A DNA stretch of 64,000 bases from Eledone cirrhosa (Eukaryota): contig OZ024742.1 in NCBI GenBank assembly GCA_964016885.1, positions 221,898,001 through 221,962,000 of the forward strand. Reading direction: 5' to 3'. A program made the translations under genes and the position numbers. Each line of letters starts with the position of its first letter. Positions within the stretch are counted from its first letter, which is position 1. Of the stretch, positions 12,728 through 24,852 are shown in pieces. The notes under the pieces are model-generated. The model was not told where the DNA came from, did no database searches, and saw nothing but the letters and a program-made list of their open reading frames with translations.

Positions 12728-13628
12728 CCCTAAGATATGTCCAAGTAGATATCAATATATATGTACAACCATATCAAGTTATACACCACCATAAATACAA
12801 AACAAAGTGACTCCAATTCAATACTAACTCCGAACTCAAACAAATACCGTTCTTAACATCGAATCTCGACCTAACCTACCATATATATACCACATTAAAC
12901 ATAAAGTAAAACACTAATCAAGCCCTTCAGAACTATACTCAAAATACCTTCTCAGGCATAACAATAACCATAACCAAACCAATAGTAATTACTGGTACGG
13001 AGGCAACGAACGTCGTCAGACTGCAACTATTATATTACATGGTTTCTATATATTTCTATCTATCCATATGTCTATCTAAGACCGTATATGCCTCAACTAG
13101 AACCAAAACAAATCTAAACCAAATCTATGCCATCTGCGAACCCAAATAAAACCAAACCACAATTCTACAATCAACCCTACCCACAAAACCGTAACGCATC
13201 AGCCATAATCTATATTCAATCACCCCCTTCAACACCACACTCCAGTCCTTACAGACATAAAAAACAAAAAAAAAAACACCCAGCCAGGTACAATTACTTA
13301 TAGGGGGTGGGGTGGTGGATGTTATCAGGCTGCAGCCGTTGTAATATGTCGTTTCTACGAGGAGTACACATCATAAATACCATGGTGCTGTAATTGTTGC
13401 TTTAGTACACCTCAAAAACATGCACACATGCAAGAATATAATGAGATATGGTAAGGAAAACTTCCTAATTATATCTAAGGTGTGTCCAGCTCAGAGCGTG
13501 ACAAAAATATCAACAAAAAAACAAAGCAAAAAAAAACATGAGATTGATTTCACAAATTCATTTTCAGGTCGTTGGTGTTAGATTACGATAGATTAGACTA
13601 TGTATCTATATATACACAAATACACACG

Positions 13629-13755
<127 letters not shown>

Positions 13756-13984
13756 GTATATATATATATATATATGGATATATATATGGATATATACATA
13801 AACAAAATTAACTCAAATATCGAGTTTTGAGACCCGAGTGTATTAGAATTCGTAGGAAAATGTAAAAACTCGGCGTAAGGAAGCTGTTAAAAACAGCACT
13901 GTCGAAGCGGCGTTGGGTAAAATTTTACCTTGAAAGACAAAAATCACCGACTCGATGTGAATATATATATATATATATATATAT

Positions 13985-14173
13985 AACGAAGGAAATGTGG
14001 TAAGGAACCAGGTGGACCATAACGCACCAAAGTACTCAATACTTGGGGTAGTAGAGTGGGTAATAGGAACCAGTAAGACCCCGACGGCTGAGCTCAAGCC
14101 GTTTCGACGGCTAATTCTGGACTGAATTAGCCGTCGAAACGGCTTGAGCTCAGCCGTCGGGGTCTTACTGGTT

Positions 14174-14178
<5 letters not shown>
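13985..14178. mobile_element. (TA)n-flanked repeat ending in a perfect 55-bp-arm palindrome (relatives at 10335-10385, 36143-36256, 45772-45942)
   Basis: Arms 14063-14117 and 14124-14178 are exact reverse complements; leader GACCATAACGCACCA.AGTACT is shared with relatives. Confidence 0.85.
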
Positions 14179-14210
<32 letters not shown>

Positions 14211-15004
14211 TTGCAACAAACGTTGCATTTCGGCTGAATATATCGACTCCAGTTTTGGACAGGTACATTATTTTTCGACCCTAAAGAGAAGAGAGATAAA
14301 GCTGATTTCGGTGGGATTTGAACTCTGAACGTGAAGCTGGAACAGATTCCGCGAGGCTTACTCTCTAACAAATCTGTCAATTTACCACTTGTAAAATCTA
14401 TCTAGATTCTGATCAGAATCTAGATCAATATTCTAAAATATCGCCCACGGTCACTAACTGCTCTGTACTATTGTATTTCTTTCCAGTTGATACGGTCTAT
14501 ATTTATTGATATTGACATTTATGATGAATTGCTGAGCTCGGAGCGAGGTTTTGATTGTTAAATTAACTTTCGGTTTAACTATTACATCTGTGTGTCAGTT
14601 GTGGATGCCATTACAATTTTAGACCTGTGATAACATGGCTGCACGTTTCAGCGCAAATTATTAAATAATAGTGATCAGGCGGCGTCAATAATAATGGCAA
14701 TAGCATTAAACGTATTTCATTTCTTTTATTACTGGATATATGAACAATCATACAACATAGGAAATTTGCGTTTTGATAAATGAATGGTTTTCATAAGAGA
14801 AACCCTATAGTTTATGTTGATTACTGACATATGGAAGTGATTAAAGATTAATATTTTAATATATTTATAGGGTATAATTACACAATTGTCCATAATTCAT
14901 GTACAAATGACACACAGAATTAAATGTATGAGTACTTTTAATGAAATAACTATTTACAGGGACTAAGGCTAGTTGTGTGACGTTGGTCACAACCTTAAAC
15001 ATTC

Positions 15005-15067
<63 letters not shown>

Positions 15068-15862
15068 CGTATTATTATGGTTTTGACAATAAGTGTTCCA
15101 GTTGGTCGATGAATGGAGCGGCCTGCTCGACATGTGTTATGGGACGCAGTTATGAAGTTCGCTTCACTACTACGAATTTCTTGTTCAATCCCACTATGCA
15201 GCACTTACGGCATCTACCTTCATCTGTCGTAGCCTCGGGTCGACCAAAGCCTTATGTAATGAATGTTTGGTAGGGAAAAACTGTGTTTGAAAGCACATCT
15301 TAGGTAATTATTCTTGTTTTAGAGTGGCAGACTTAATCTGTCAACCTGTTTAACACCCGGCTCTTGCAACATTCGGATCTGGATTCCTCTTCCCATCCAC
15401 CACGAGTTCTGAAAAAGGTTCTTGTGAGCTGCTCTTCCTCTAACGAAGCTTTTCTAAATGTTTACGTCTGCAGTTTGTAAACGTTTACGTCTCTTTTATG
15501 ACAGATATCTTTCTTATAAACCAAGGGGTTACATATTTTATATTTTCCTTCCCTTATAGACAGCTAATTGGTGGAGTCGTTAGAGTGTTAGTTTAAATGC
15601 CTTGGTTTTTAATTTGGTTATCTGCGCCCTGAGTTCAAATTCTGCCTTTCATCTTTTCGGAGTTGATAAATCATGAACCGGTCATGTCATGGTCGATTTG
15701 GTGCAATTGTTAAATCGTTGGATGTGATACTTTGTAGTATATGTTCCAGCTCTGTGTGTTCTGAGTTCAAATCTCGCCACCTTCTAAGTAACACTCTCGT
15801 TTAATAGCACCAGACTATACACTTTGCAATATATAACGATGAGTTATATGCGATGAGTTATA

Positions 15863-16047
15863 GGCGGTGGATTGGCAGTATCGGTAGAGGGTCGGACGCC
15901 ATGCTTTCCAGCATAGTTACGTCCCTTTACGATCTGAGTTCAAATCCCGCCGAGGTTGACTTTGCCTTTCATCCTTACGGGGTCGATAAAATAAAGTACC
16001 AGCAATGAACTGGGTAATTGCTGGCCTTGTGCCTAAAGTAGAAACAA
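15863..16047 (+). mobile_element. tRNA-derived SINE, full length
   Basis: A/B boxes and core; TSD AATATATAACGATGAGT (15828-15844, 16047-16063). Confidence 0.93.
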
Positions 16048-16049
16048 AT

Positions 16050-16400
16050 ATATAACGATGAGTATTCCAGTTCATTCAATCACTAGAACAGCCTGCTTGT
16101 GAAAGTAACGCGTGAGCGGATGAACATTCTACAGACATGTACACCCTTAACATAGTTTTCAGGGAGAATCCGCATGATACAGTGTATAACAAAGCTGGTC
16201 GTTTGAATTACAGTCCATTCGACAGGCTTCCAAACAGTTTCCTTCGACCCAGTTTCACTCACAGTTGCAACTCATTTTTGCCAGCTCAGTGTAATGGATC
16301 AACGTGTAATAAAGTGTCTTCTGCAAGAGCTCAGCGCGGTGCCGAGAATCGAACTTCTGGCCTTACGATCGTGAGCCGAACACCCTAATAACTAAGCCTT
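16050..16400 (-). mobile_element. Older tRNA-SINE of a second family
   Basis: rc of a tRNA-like head (GAGAATCGAAC..TTACGATCGTGAG..ACTAAGCC); body related to 29890-30210 and 43886-44190. Confidence 0.65.
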
Positions 16401-17013
16401 CACCGCACTACACTAGACTCTTTATAGTAGCACCCACGTTTCATGTTTGATGATATTTGAGATATATTTCGCATAAAGGAATATCTTTGAAAGGAATATT
16501 ATATTTTTTAGAAAATGTTGTTTGATAACCTCTCTCAGAATAGAATTTCAATGAGCAACTTTAATATTCCTTTCTTTGATGTTGCTAGATTTTCTGTTTG
16601 AAAGCTATATGAATCATAAATATTTCCTTTTATTGTACACTACGAGTTGGCGTTACTACTAAGGCCAACTAGGCAGCCGCATAGAGAGCAAACATCAGAA
16701 AGACATTACTAAACCTCATTAAATGATCAATATTTTATACAAAATTGCATAATTAAATTATATATACAATAATTTCTTACGATCAATAAATATATTGCTA
16801 AACATTTTCGCCGTGTAACAATGTTGTGGAAATATTCAAAGCCATGGAGAGGAGGACATCGTATGGTGTTATGACCTATAACATGATTTGGTGTGGGTGA
16901 TGGGGTGCTATGTAGTGGAAAATGCAAGCTTAGTTATTTTCTGAGTGTGTTCAGAGCAAGAAGCGACAACAACTAGGTTGGTCATCTTACCAAACTGTCA
17001 GTTAAAAGTATTA

Positions 17014-17179
17014 CCGTATTTCCCGGTGCCGAAGACGCTTCGTCCTCGAGGACGCACCCTGATTTTGACAACCAAAAATTTGAAAAAAAATAATAGACAA
17101 CCTTCTGCTTCTAGGATGTATGGTAGACTTTTGAGACTTATTTTATGAAAAAAGTAGCATCTTCGACGCCGGGAAATCG
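17014..17179. mobile_element. pogo/Tc2-like MITE
   Basis: Imperfect TIRs CCGTATTTCCCGGTGCCGAAGACGC / GCATCTTCGACGCCGGGAAATCG with TA flanks. Confidence 0.7.
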
Positions 17180-17459
17180 ATATATTTAAGAGAATACGGC
17201 GCATAACTTGCTTGCTAACTTTTATCAGAAGAGAGTTTCAATGGTAAACTTAATATTCTCTTCTTTGATATTGCTAAATTTTTGTGTTTGATAGTTATAT
17301 AAATCACATCCACCTTCTTAGTAGTAGTAGTAGTAGTAGTAGTAGTAGCAGTAGCAGTAGTAGTAGTAGTAGTAGTAGTTCATTTACTGTTTCCTGCTGC
17401 CATGCAGGGGTACGACCGTGATTTAGTCGATCATATCAACTCCATTATTTATTAGGTGG

Positions 17460-18205
17460 ACTAGTTACGTCCCTTTATAATCTGAGTTCAAATTCCGCCA
17501 AGGTTAACTTTGCATTTCATCCTTACGGGGTCGATAAAATAAAGTACCAGTAATGTACTGGTTAATTGCTGGCCTTGTGCCAAAAGTAGAAACAATTATT
17601 ATTTGAAATTTCCTTTGAATTCTGCTTCTTTCCCAAATCCTGTCGAGTGTCAAACTGAAATATGAGGTAAAATTTGATTATACACACATTTTACAATCAA
17701 TTGTAATGCAAATGATGCCACAAAGGCACATACATAAAAAAATGTCTTTGCAAGATATTTAAATTGACAATGTCCTTCTCAAGACATGGACAGTGCCAGT
17801 CAGCATTATTTTCTGGAATTGGCAGTATCGGTAGAGGGTCGGACGCCATGCTTTCCAGCATAGTTACGTCCCTTTACGATCTGAGTTCAAATCCCGCCGA
17901 GGTTAACTTTGCCTTTCATCCTTACGGGGTCGATAAAATAAAGTACCAGTAATGCACTGGGTAATTGCTGGCCTTGTTCCATAAAGTAGAAACAATTATT
18001 TTCTGTATCTCAGGGCGGTGGATTAGCAGTATCGGTAGAGGGTCAGACACCATGCTTTAAGGCACAGAGTTACAGGCCTTGCCATTCTGAGTTCAAATCC
18101 CGCCGAGGTTAACTTTGCCTTTCATCCTTACGGGGTCGATAAAATAAAGTACCAGTAATGTACTGGGATAATTACTGGCCTTGTGCCAAAAGTAGAAACA
18201 ATTAT
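17460..18205 (+). mobile_element. Three tRNA-SINE copies (~17460-17600, ~17817-17995, ~18013-18200)
   Basis: SINE consensus; ATTATTTTCTG occurs three times around the tandem pair. Confidence 0.9.
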
Positions 18206-18219
18206 TTTCTGTGTCTTTT

Positions 18220-18945
18220 GCAGAGATGGATTTCCAGGTATACGTTTTAAATATTTTTCAGTTTTCTTTTTTCATCATTCCAAGTGTGCCGACTATCACT
18301 GGTATTGTACAGGCCGCAAGATGCCACATTTTCTCAATTTCAATTGATAGATCTTTATACTTACCGAGCTTTCGGAATTCTTTCGAAGAGGTGCTACAAT
18401 TTGATGGAATGCTTATGTTAATTGAGAAATATGTTTTTTCTTTATGGTCCTTCATAATTATATCGGGTCTGTTGACATTGGTTGTTCTGTCAGTGTTCAC
18501 AGGGAAATCCCATAGGATTGTCATGTTCTCGCCTCTTGTTACTGCATCTGGATGATGGTTGTACCAATTCCCCTCCGTTTTCAGACCATAAAACATGCAC
18601 ATTACCCAGTGTGAGTATGTCCCCATCCTATCATGCCTCGTTTTATATTCCCGGGGAGCTAATATTTTGCAGCCTGAAATCAGGTGGTCAGTGGTGTCAA
18701 CATGGTCATCACAGAATCGACACTTAAGATAAATTCCATTTCTGATCACATTGGCTTGAAAGTTGCGCGTTGAAAGACACTGGTCTCGTGCAATCAAAAC
18801 GAAGCCCCCACTTTCTGCCTTTAGCCAAGAACTCATTGTTACGGAGAACATACTGCCCATGCAGTGGATTTTGCTACCATTTAGTGCACAGTCTCATTGA
18901 CCTTCATGTTTTGCTAAATGTTTGATGTTCTTTGCGGCTTTAATT
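18220..18945 (-). mobile_element. Dong/R4-like LINE family C, degraded fragment
   Basis: ORF 18258-18860: CRFCDDHVDTTDHLISGC, RHD, ILWDF, NRPDII, KLGKYKDL. Confidence 0.9.
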
Positions 18946-18947
18946 GC

Positions 18948-18978
<31 letters not shown>

Positions 18979-18985
18979 TAATAAT

Positions 18986-21900
18986 GTTTTCTTTATTAAC
19001 CACAAGGGTTTACATAAAGTAGACATTAAGGACAGTACAGGACAATACAGGACGGTACAAATGGGCATTTCTGCGTGTAAAATAAAACAGAGGATGTAAT
19101 AAAATAACAAAGAAAAATTCCCCAATAGGGGGGAGACTTCCGAGGGATATTTGTGGAGAAAGCCCATTAAAAGACCACAGTGACCCTGACCACCAGGGCA
19201 AGTGCCCTCTCCCAGTTTTCCACCTTTAATTTACAGATACGTACTCAGAGAAGGCCCATTCATTCGGGCCATACTTGCTTCTCTCACCCATCTTTCAACA
19301 AAATGCTGGGAAGAGAGCACTTCCCTCTCTACTCTGATTTTCCTTTTCAAATGAAATTTGAAAAAGTTAATCAGGGCATCACCGAAGAGGTAAGTGCTCG
19401 TCTTCAGCCCTTTCAAACGTGTCCACCATACTATCTCTTTCGCCATGGCCACCAGACAGATAAAAACTGCCTGCCCTTCCCGGCTAAAGGAAGAGGGCGG
19501 GGCAATCCTCACGATGGACTCAGCTGATAGCTGGATCCGTCCTACACGTGACAGCAGGTGTTCGACATAAACCCACAAGTCAGCAATGCTCGGACACTGG
19601 ACGAGTGCGTGCAGGACGGTTTCGTCGCCCTGTGCGTATCTCGGCCATGCCCCGCTGACGGCACCTCCATGCCTGTAGAGTTTATCCCAAACTGGCAAAG
19701 CTCCGCGGTAGCACTGCCAGGCCAGGGATTTCTGGAAGTTATCCATAGGCCCCGGCCCGAAAGTCCTTCCGAAGAGATTGGCTAGTTGATTTTCGTCGAC
19801 GCCTAGAGTTTCTCCAAGTACGTCGTCGCTCTTCCCCTCCTCTAATCCTCTATAGAACGCCAAGGTGGAGTTTCCACCGATCACATTGCCCGATTGGTCG
19901 AGGGCTGTGAGCGCCTGAAGACATTCCAGTCTCCAAGCGCTCCCTCTCGGTCTTCGCTTGACCCAGGACTGCAGCTCGGTCAAGGAGACGAGCTGGGGAA
20001 AGACGTGTCTAGCAAACGGCGACCACACCTGATCACCGTCGAGGAAGAGGTGGAGATGTCGTAGCCTGAGTGCGTGTCTGCGCATAATCAGCCACGGCAT
20101 GCCCAGCCCTCCACATAGCGGGTGTTGACAGCAGATGGACCACCTGACCATCGGAGCGCGTCCCTTCCACAAAAAGCGAAAGAGCAAACACTCCAGCGCA
20201 GTCAGGCGGGGCTTAGGACAAGGTACGACGGTCAGGCGGTAGTAGATGACGGACGCGATGTACGCGTTAGCCACCTCCGCTCGACCTTTCAGGGATAGCT
20301 TCCTCTCGGCCCATTTCTGGGTGAGAGAAGCCACCCTGCTCGTCACCTCGTCCCAGTTTTTGTCCGTCTGGAGGTCTGGACCGAACCAGACCCCTAGCAA
20401 TTTAACCGGTCCGTCCGTCCAGCGTCCGACGACGCTGTTGGACGGCATGGACCTGCCTCTCCAGGTGCCGAGCTGCAGGCCCACTGACTTTTCCTGGTTG
20501 ATCATTGCTCCTGTCACCGCTTCGTATTCTCTTAGTGTAGTGCCGATCGCCTCGATGTGTTTGGCGTTCGACACCACTACGGTGCAATCGTCGGCATATA
20601 CTGACACGGATCCTCCGCATCCTAGTTCGCGCGGGACCCCCCTCAACGTCTCCATTTTGTGCAGTAATGGCTCGAGAGTCAATACGTACAATAGGGACGA
20701 GAGGGGACATCCTTGGCGGACCGAGCGCATGATGTTGAACGGTTCCGAAAAGTGACCGTTCACTCTCACTACAGAGAAGATATTGCTGTGCATGGCAGCG
20801 ATCCAGCCTCTGAAGACGGGCCCAAAGCCAGCCGCCCTCAGGACTGCTGCTAGGTAACGATGGTCGACCCTATCGAAAGCTTTCGACTGATCTAAATTGA
20901 TCAAGGACCCACCCGTGCCAGGTTCCCTAGCTACCCTCTCTACGATGTATCGCATGAGGTGGAGGTTGTCGTCAATGGATCTGTCGGGAATGGCGCATGT
21001 CTGCGCCTCTCCCACCAGACCACCAACGACAAGCGCCAACCTCTTTGCTAGCACCTTGACCAAAATCTTGAACTCTGTGTTCAGCAGAGTTATGGGCCTA
21101 AAATTATCTATGTTATCCCCCTTGTTCGGATCCTTTCTCAGCAGCGCCACCGCTCCTCGGCTCACAGAGCTGGGAATTCTGCCGTTCTATTGCCAGTTGC
21201 AGTAGACGTCCGCCAAGAGGCCTCCGAACAAGTCTGGCATTTGTACGTAAAGTTCATAGGGCAGACCATCCAAACCAGGAGATTTATCCCTTGTGCAGCC
21301 CGTCATTGCCTCCCGTACTTCAACGGCTGTTATCGGCTTTTCGCAACACTCCGCCTCAGGGGACGAGAGCCGCGGCAGTCCGTCGAGGTAGACACTAAAG
21401 TCCATCCCTCGATCCGGCCCGCCGCTGCCCCCGAACAGTTGAGCGAAGTGTCGCTGAAAAGCTTCACACATTTGCCCGGGATCGAGTAGCATGCGCCCGT
21501 CATGGTCCACCAAAGACCGGATCGTGGCTTTGTTGCCACGACGCGCCTCCGCCACTCGGGCCCATTGAACGGCTTTCGTCCCCTCGTGTTTGAGAGCACG
21601 CACCCTAGCTCTGACAACGAAGCCTTCGTGCTTTGCATTGTAGAATTGGTCAAGGGCCAATTTCGCCGCAAGTACGTCGGCCACGATGCCTTTGCTAAGT
21701 GCCTCGTCTAATTTTCTAACTAGTTCTCCCTCTGCTCTATTTTTCTCTATTGCTAAAGCCTTACTAAACCTAATGGACTCTATTCTAATAGCTCTTTTCA
21801 GAGGAAACCACCACTTGTTGTTGACGATGGCCCCCGTCAACGCCCGCTTCACTAGTTCGCTAATCCGGTCTCTGTAGGCCTTGCGCGCTGGTAAGGACGC

Positions 21901-24798
21901 TTTTAGCTTCCAGTAGCCGGGTCCTCGTCTATGAAGCCTATCTAAGTCAAGCACACAGATCACGAATTTGTGGTCCGTGTAGCTGACTATCTTGAATAGA
22001 CCTATCTATTTCCCTACAAAATACTCTATCTAGATATGATCTGGATGACCCTATATGATTTGTCCAAGTCCACATTGGCACATTCGGGAATTCCAATCGG
22101 TACCTGTCAGACAGTTCAAAACGCCTGAGCAAGTTGGTGAGACTCTTGCACCCTCCTCTCCTATCCGCTAATCCCACACAGTCCCAGCGTTCATCTAAGA
22201 TCCCGTTCCAGTCGCCCACTAACACTAAAGAGCGGGACGTTCCAAGAAAGGTCTCCAGACGCCGGGGCATAGACGGCCACTAAACTGAAAGCCTGCCCGT
22301 CTCCGCTGGTCACGTCCAGCACCACCAACTTACCTTCTGGGTCCAGGAAGATGGCCCGTATGACGAGATCCAAACCTCTCCGAAAAAGCACAGCAATTCC
22401 TCCCCCCGATCCAGGACGGCTGGGAGATGCGTACACATCGTAGCCGCCGAAGATCTGTGCGAAGGCCCGTGCTTCGGAGATTCTGGTCTCGCTGATGGCC
22501 ACTACATCTATGTTTAGTGACCTGAGGTCGTTGAGCAGGTGGTCCTGCTTCCATGACGACCCCAAGCCACGCACATTTATGCTGCCTATTCTGAGTGAGG
22601 TCATGTTGAAATGGAGTGGAAAAGATGGGAAAGACCACTTACCTTAATTCTCGTAGAGGAAGGACGGTTTCTCCATCCTTTTCACTGCTTGTGGCCTCCT
22701 CAGGAAGGATGTCCTTATAAATCCTCCTGGAGAGTGCTTGTCGGAAGTCTCCGATGTCTTTAGGGAATTTTTGTTTTAGTGTCATGTACGTTTTCTGTGT
22801 GATGCGAGTGATTTGTATGTGTGGAGGTGGTGTGAACGTTTGGGTTGTTGTGTAAGTCTTTTTCTGTGATGCTGGTGTTGTGTTGGATGTAGTGTAATAA
22901 TTGGTTGTTGTTCAAATTTAATGCTGTGTAGTGTGTATCGTTTTGGTTGTTTTGTTTTGTTTGCGTTTGTTGTGGGTTTGTTTCTGTTTCGCTTTTTGGT
23001 GACTTTTGTGGTGTTGGTGATGGTGGTGTTGGAGTTAATGATGGTGATGGTGTTGGTGTTTGTGGTGATGGGGTTGGTGATGCTGGTGTGGATGGTGGCA
23101 TATCTGTCCTAACTTTTTTGTTTGATAGTTTATTTGTTTCCCTCTGTATTTTGTTTTTGGAGGGGGAAGGAAGAGGATTTTTTCTTTTTGGGTTTCTTTT
23201 TCTTTTTTTCTTTTTTCCTGATACCGTTTCCCACTCCTCGTCGTCACAATCTGTCTCCAGTTGCGATAGGTCGGGGAGTGGAAAATCCTCCACAGGCGTT
23301 GGTTTTGGTTGTGGCGTGGTGGATGGTGTAGGCGCTGGTGCTAGTTCTGGCGCGTTGGGTGGTGGTGGTGTTGGTTTTGCTACTGTTGTTGGGATTGTTG
23401 CTGTTACAGTTACTTTTGTTGTGGCTGCTACAGTTGTTGCTGCCATTTCTGCTGCTGGTGGTGTTGATGGTTGAGTCACTGGGGTTGGTAAGAGAGGTGG
23501 CATCAACCTTTTAGCCTGAGGCAGAAAGCCCTTAGGTGGGTTCCTTCACCACAAACGACACACCTAGGCCCTCTGCCCTCGACGATTACGGTGAGGTGGC
23601 TGCCGTCAGTGAGGTCTATTACCTCTGGGATCTCCTCAATGCTTTTTTGGTCCGCTTGGATCAGAAGCTTCATCCCAGATCCGGACCAGTTCTCCTGCTT
23701 TTCTTTCGCTATTTCGATTATCTTGGTGTTGGCTTCGATACCGGCGAGGACGGCAGCTATTAGGCAGGGAATTTCGATGGCCGGTGGAACGTGGGTCACC
23801 CTGATCTTCACGAGTCTCTGGCCACAATAGCTTGGGACGAGTGTGAAGTCGTCACTTCTTAATGGGGCCATGGAGTGTTCTCTGGCCTCCATTGGTTTTT
23901 CAAAGAACACGCCCACTGTTCCATATTTCTGCCCACGTCTGATGTGGGTTTTTTTTGCCCACACATGTCCCAAAGCTTTGTGGATTTGGGACTCGGATGC
24001 CCGTTCCACTCGGCGCGATTTTATGTTAATCGTCTGATAAGACACGATGCATAGGCGCCGTTGCTCCATTTTATTAGGTGTGTGTGTGGGGGGGGGGGGG
24101 GGGGGGGGGCTGACCCTGTACCCATCTTTCTTTACCATTTTTTTGGCTTCTTCTAATTCCTCCTGAGTTACCTGGAATGCTTCGCACTTTTTTGCTACTC
24201 TGGCAAAACTCAGGCTGGTTTTCTTAATTTCATTGTTGCTGTTGTTGTTATCGTTATTTTTGTTATTGTTAATTTTAGTTTCAGTAGTGGTGGTGGCGGC
24301 AGTGGTGATCGGTGTGGAAGAGTTCATTTTGGTTGAATTCATTTCGATATCACAAGTTAATTTATTTTTTTCTTTTGTTTCTGTTGTCGCTGTGGTGATG
24401 GTGGGGGTGGCGGCTTTAACACCTGCAGTCATTGGTAATGGCGGGAAATGAATGTCTGCCTGAGACAAATTTAAAATATTGCTACTGCTTATATTTTTAG
24501 TGTTAGCAAACGTAGTAATATTTACAATGGTGGTGTCGGTGTGAGGTGTTAGTTTGTGAGGAAGGTGTGACTCAGAGTCGTCCATGATTTTTCAAAGAAA
24601 AATCTTTGTTTGATAATTATAAAAGTTTAAATTTTGGGCTCAAGGCCCCAATCATTTTGAGTGTCCTTTTCAGAAAACAATGTATGTGCACTTATATACA
24701 GTTAACAATAAACATTTTCCATAAATAGCAATTTTAAACAACTGAAAATAACAAACCTTTGCGAAGCTCACGATAATACGATTTACTACGTAGGTCGC
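18986..24798 (-). mobile_element. Full-length but frameshifted Tx1-like LINE
   Basis: ORF1 pieces 23503-24585 and 22760-23506 (CVVCGEGTHLRAFC knuckle); ORF2 pieces 22604-19231 (APE: SINVRGL, ISETR, GDWN; RT: QGCPLS, YADD). (AAT)n at 18948-18985 and 24799-24852. Confidence 0.96.

Positions 24799-24850
<52 letters not shown>

Positions 24851-24852
<2 letters not shown>

Noticed and set aside
15863-15955. tRNA gene
   Set aside because: A/B boxes belong to a SINE head; no cloverleaf; many copies with tails and TSDs.
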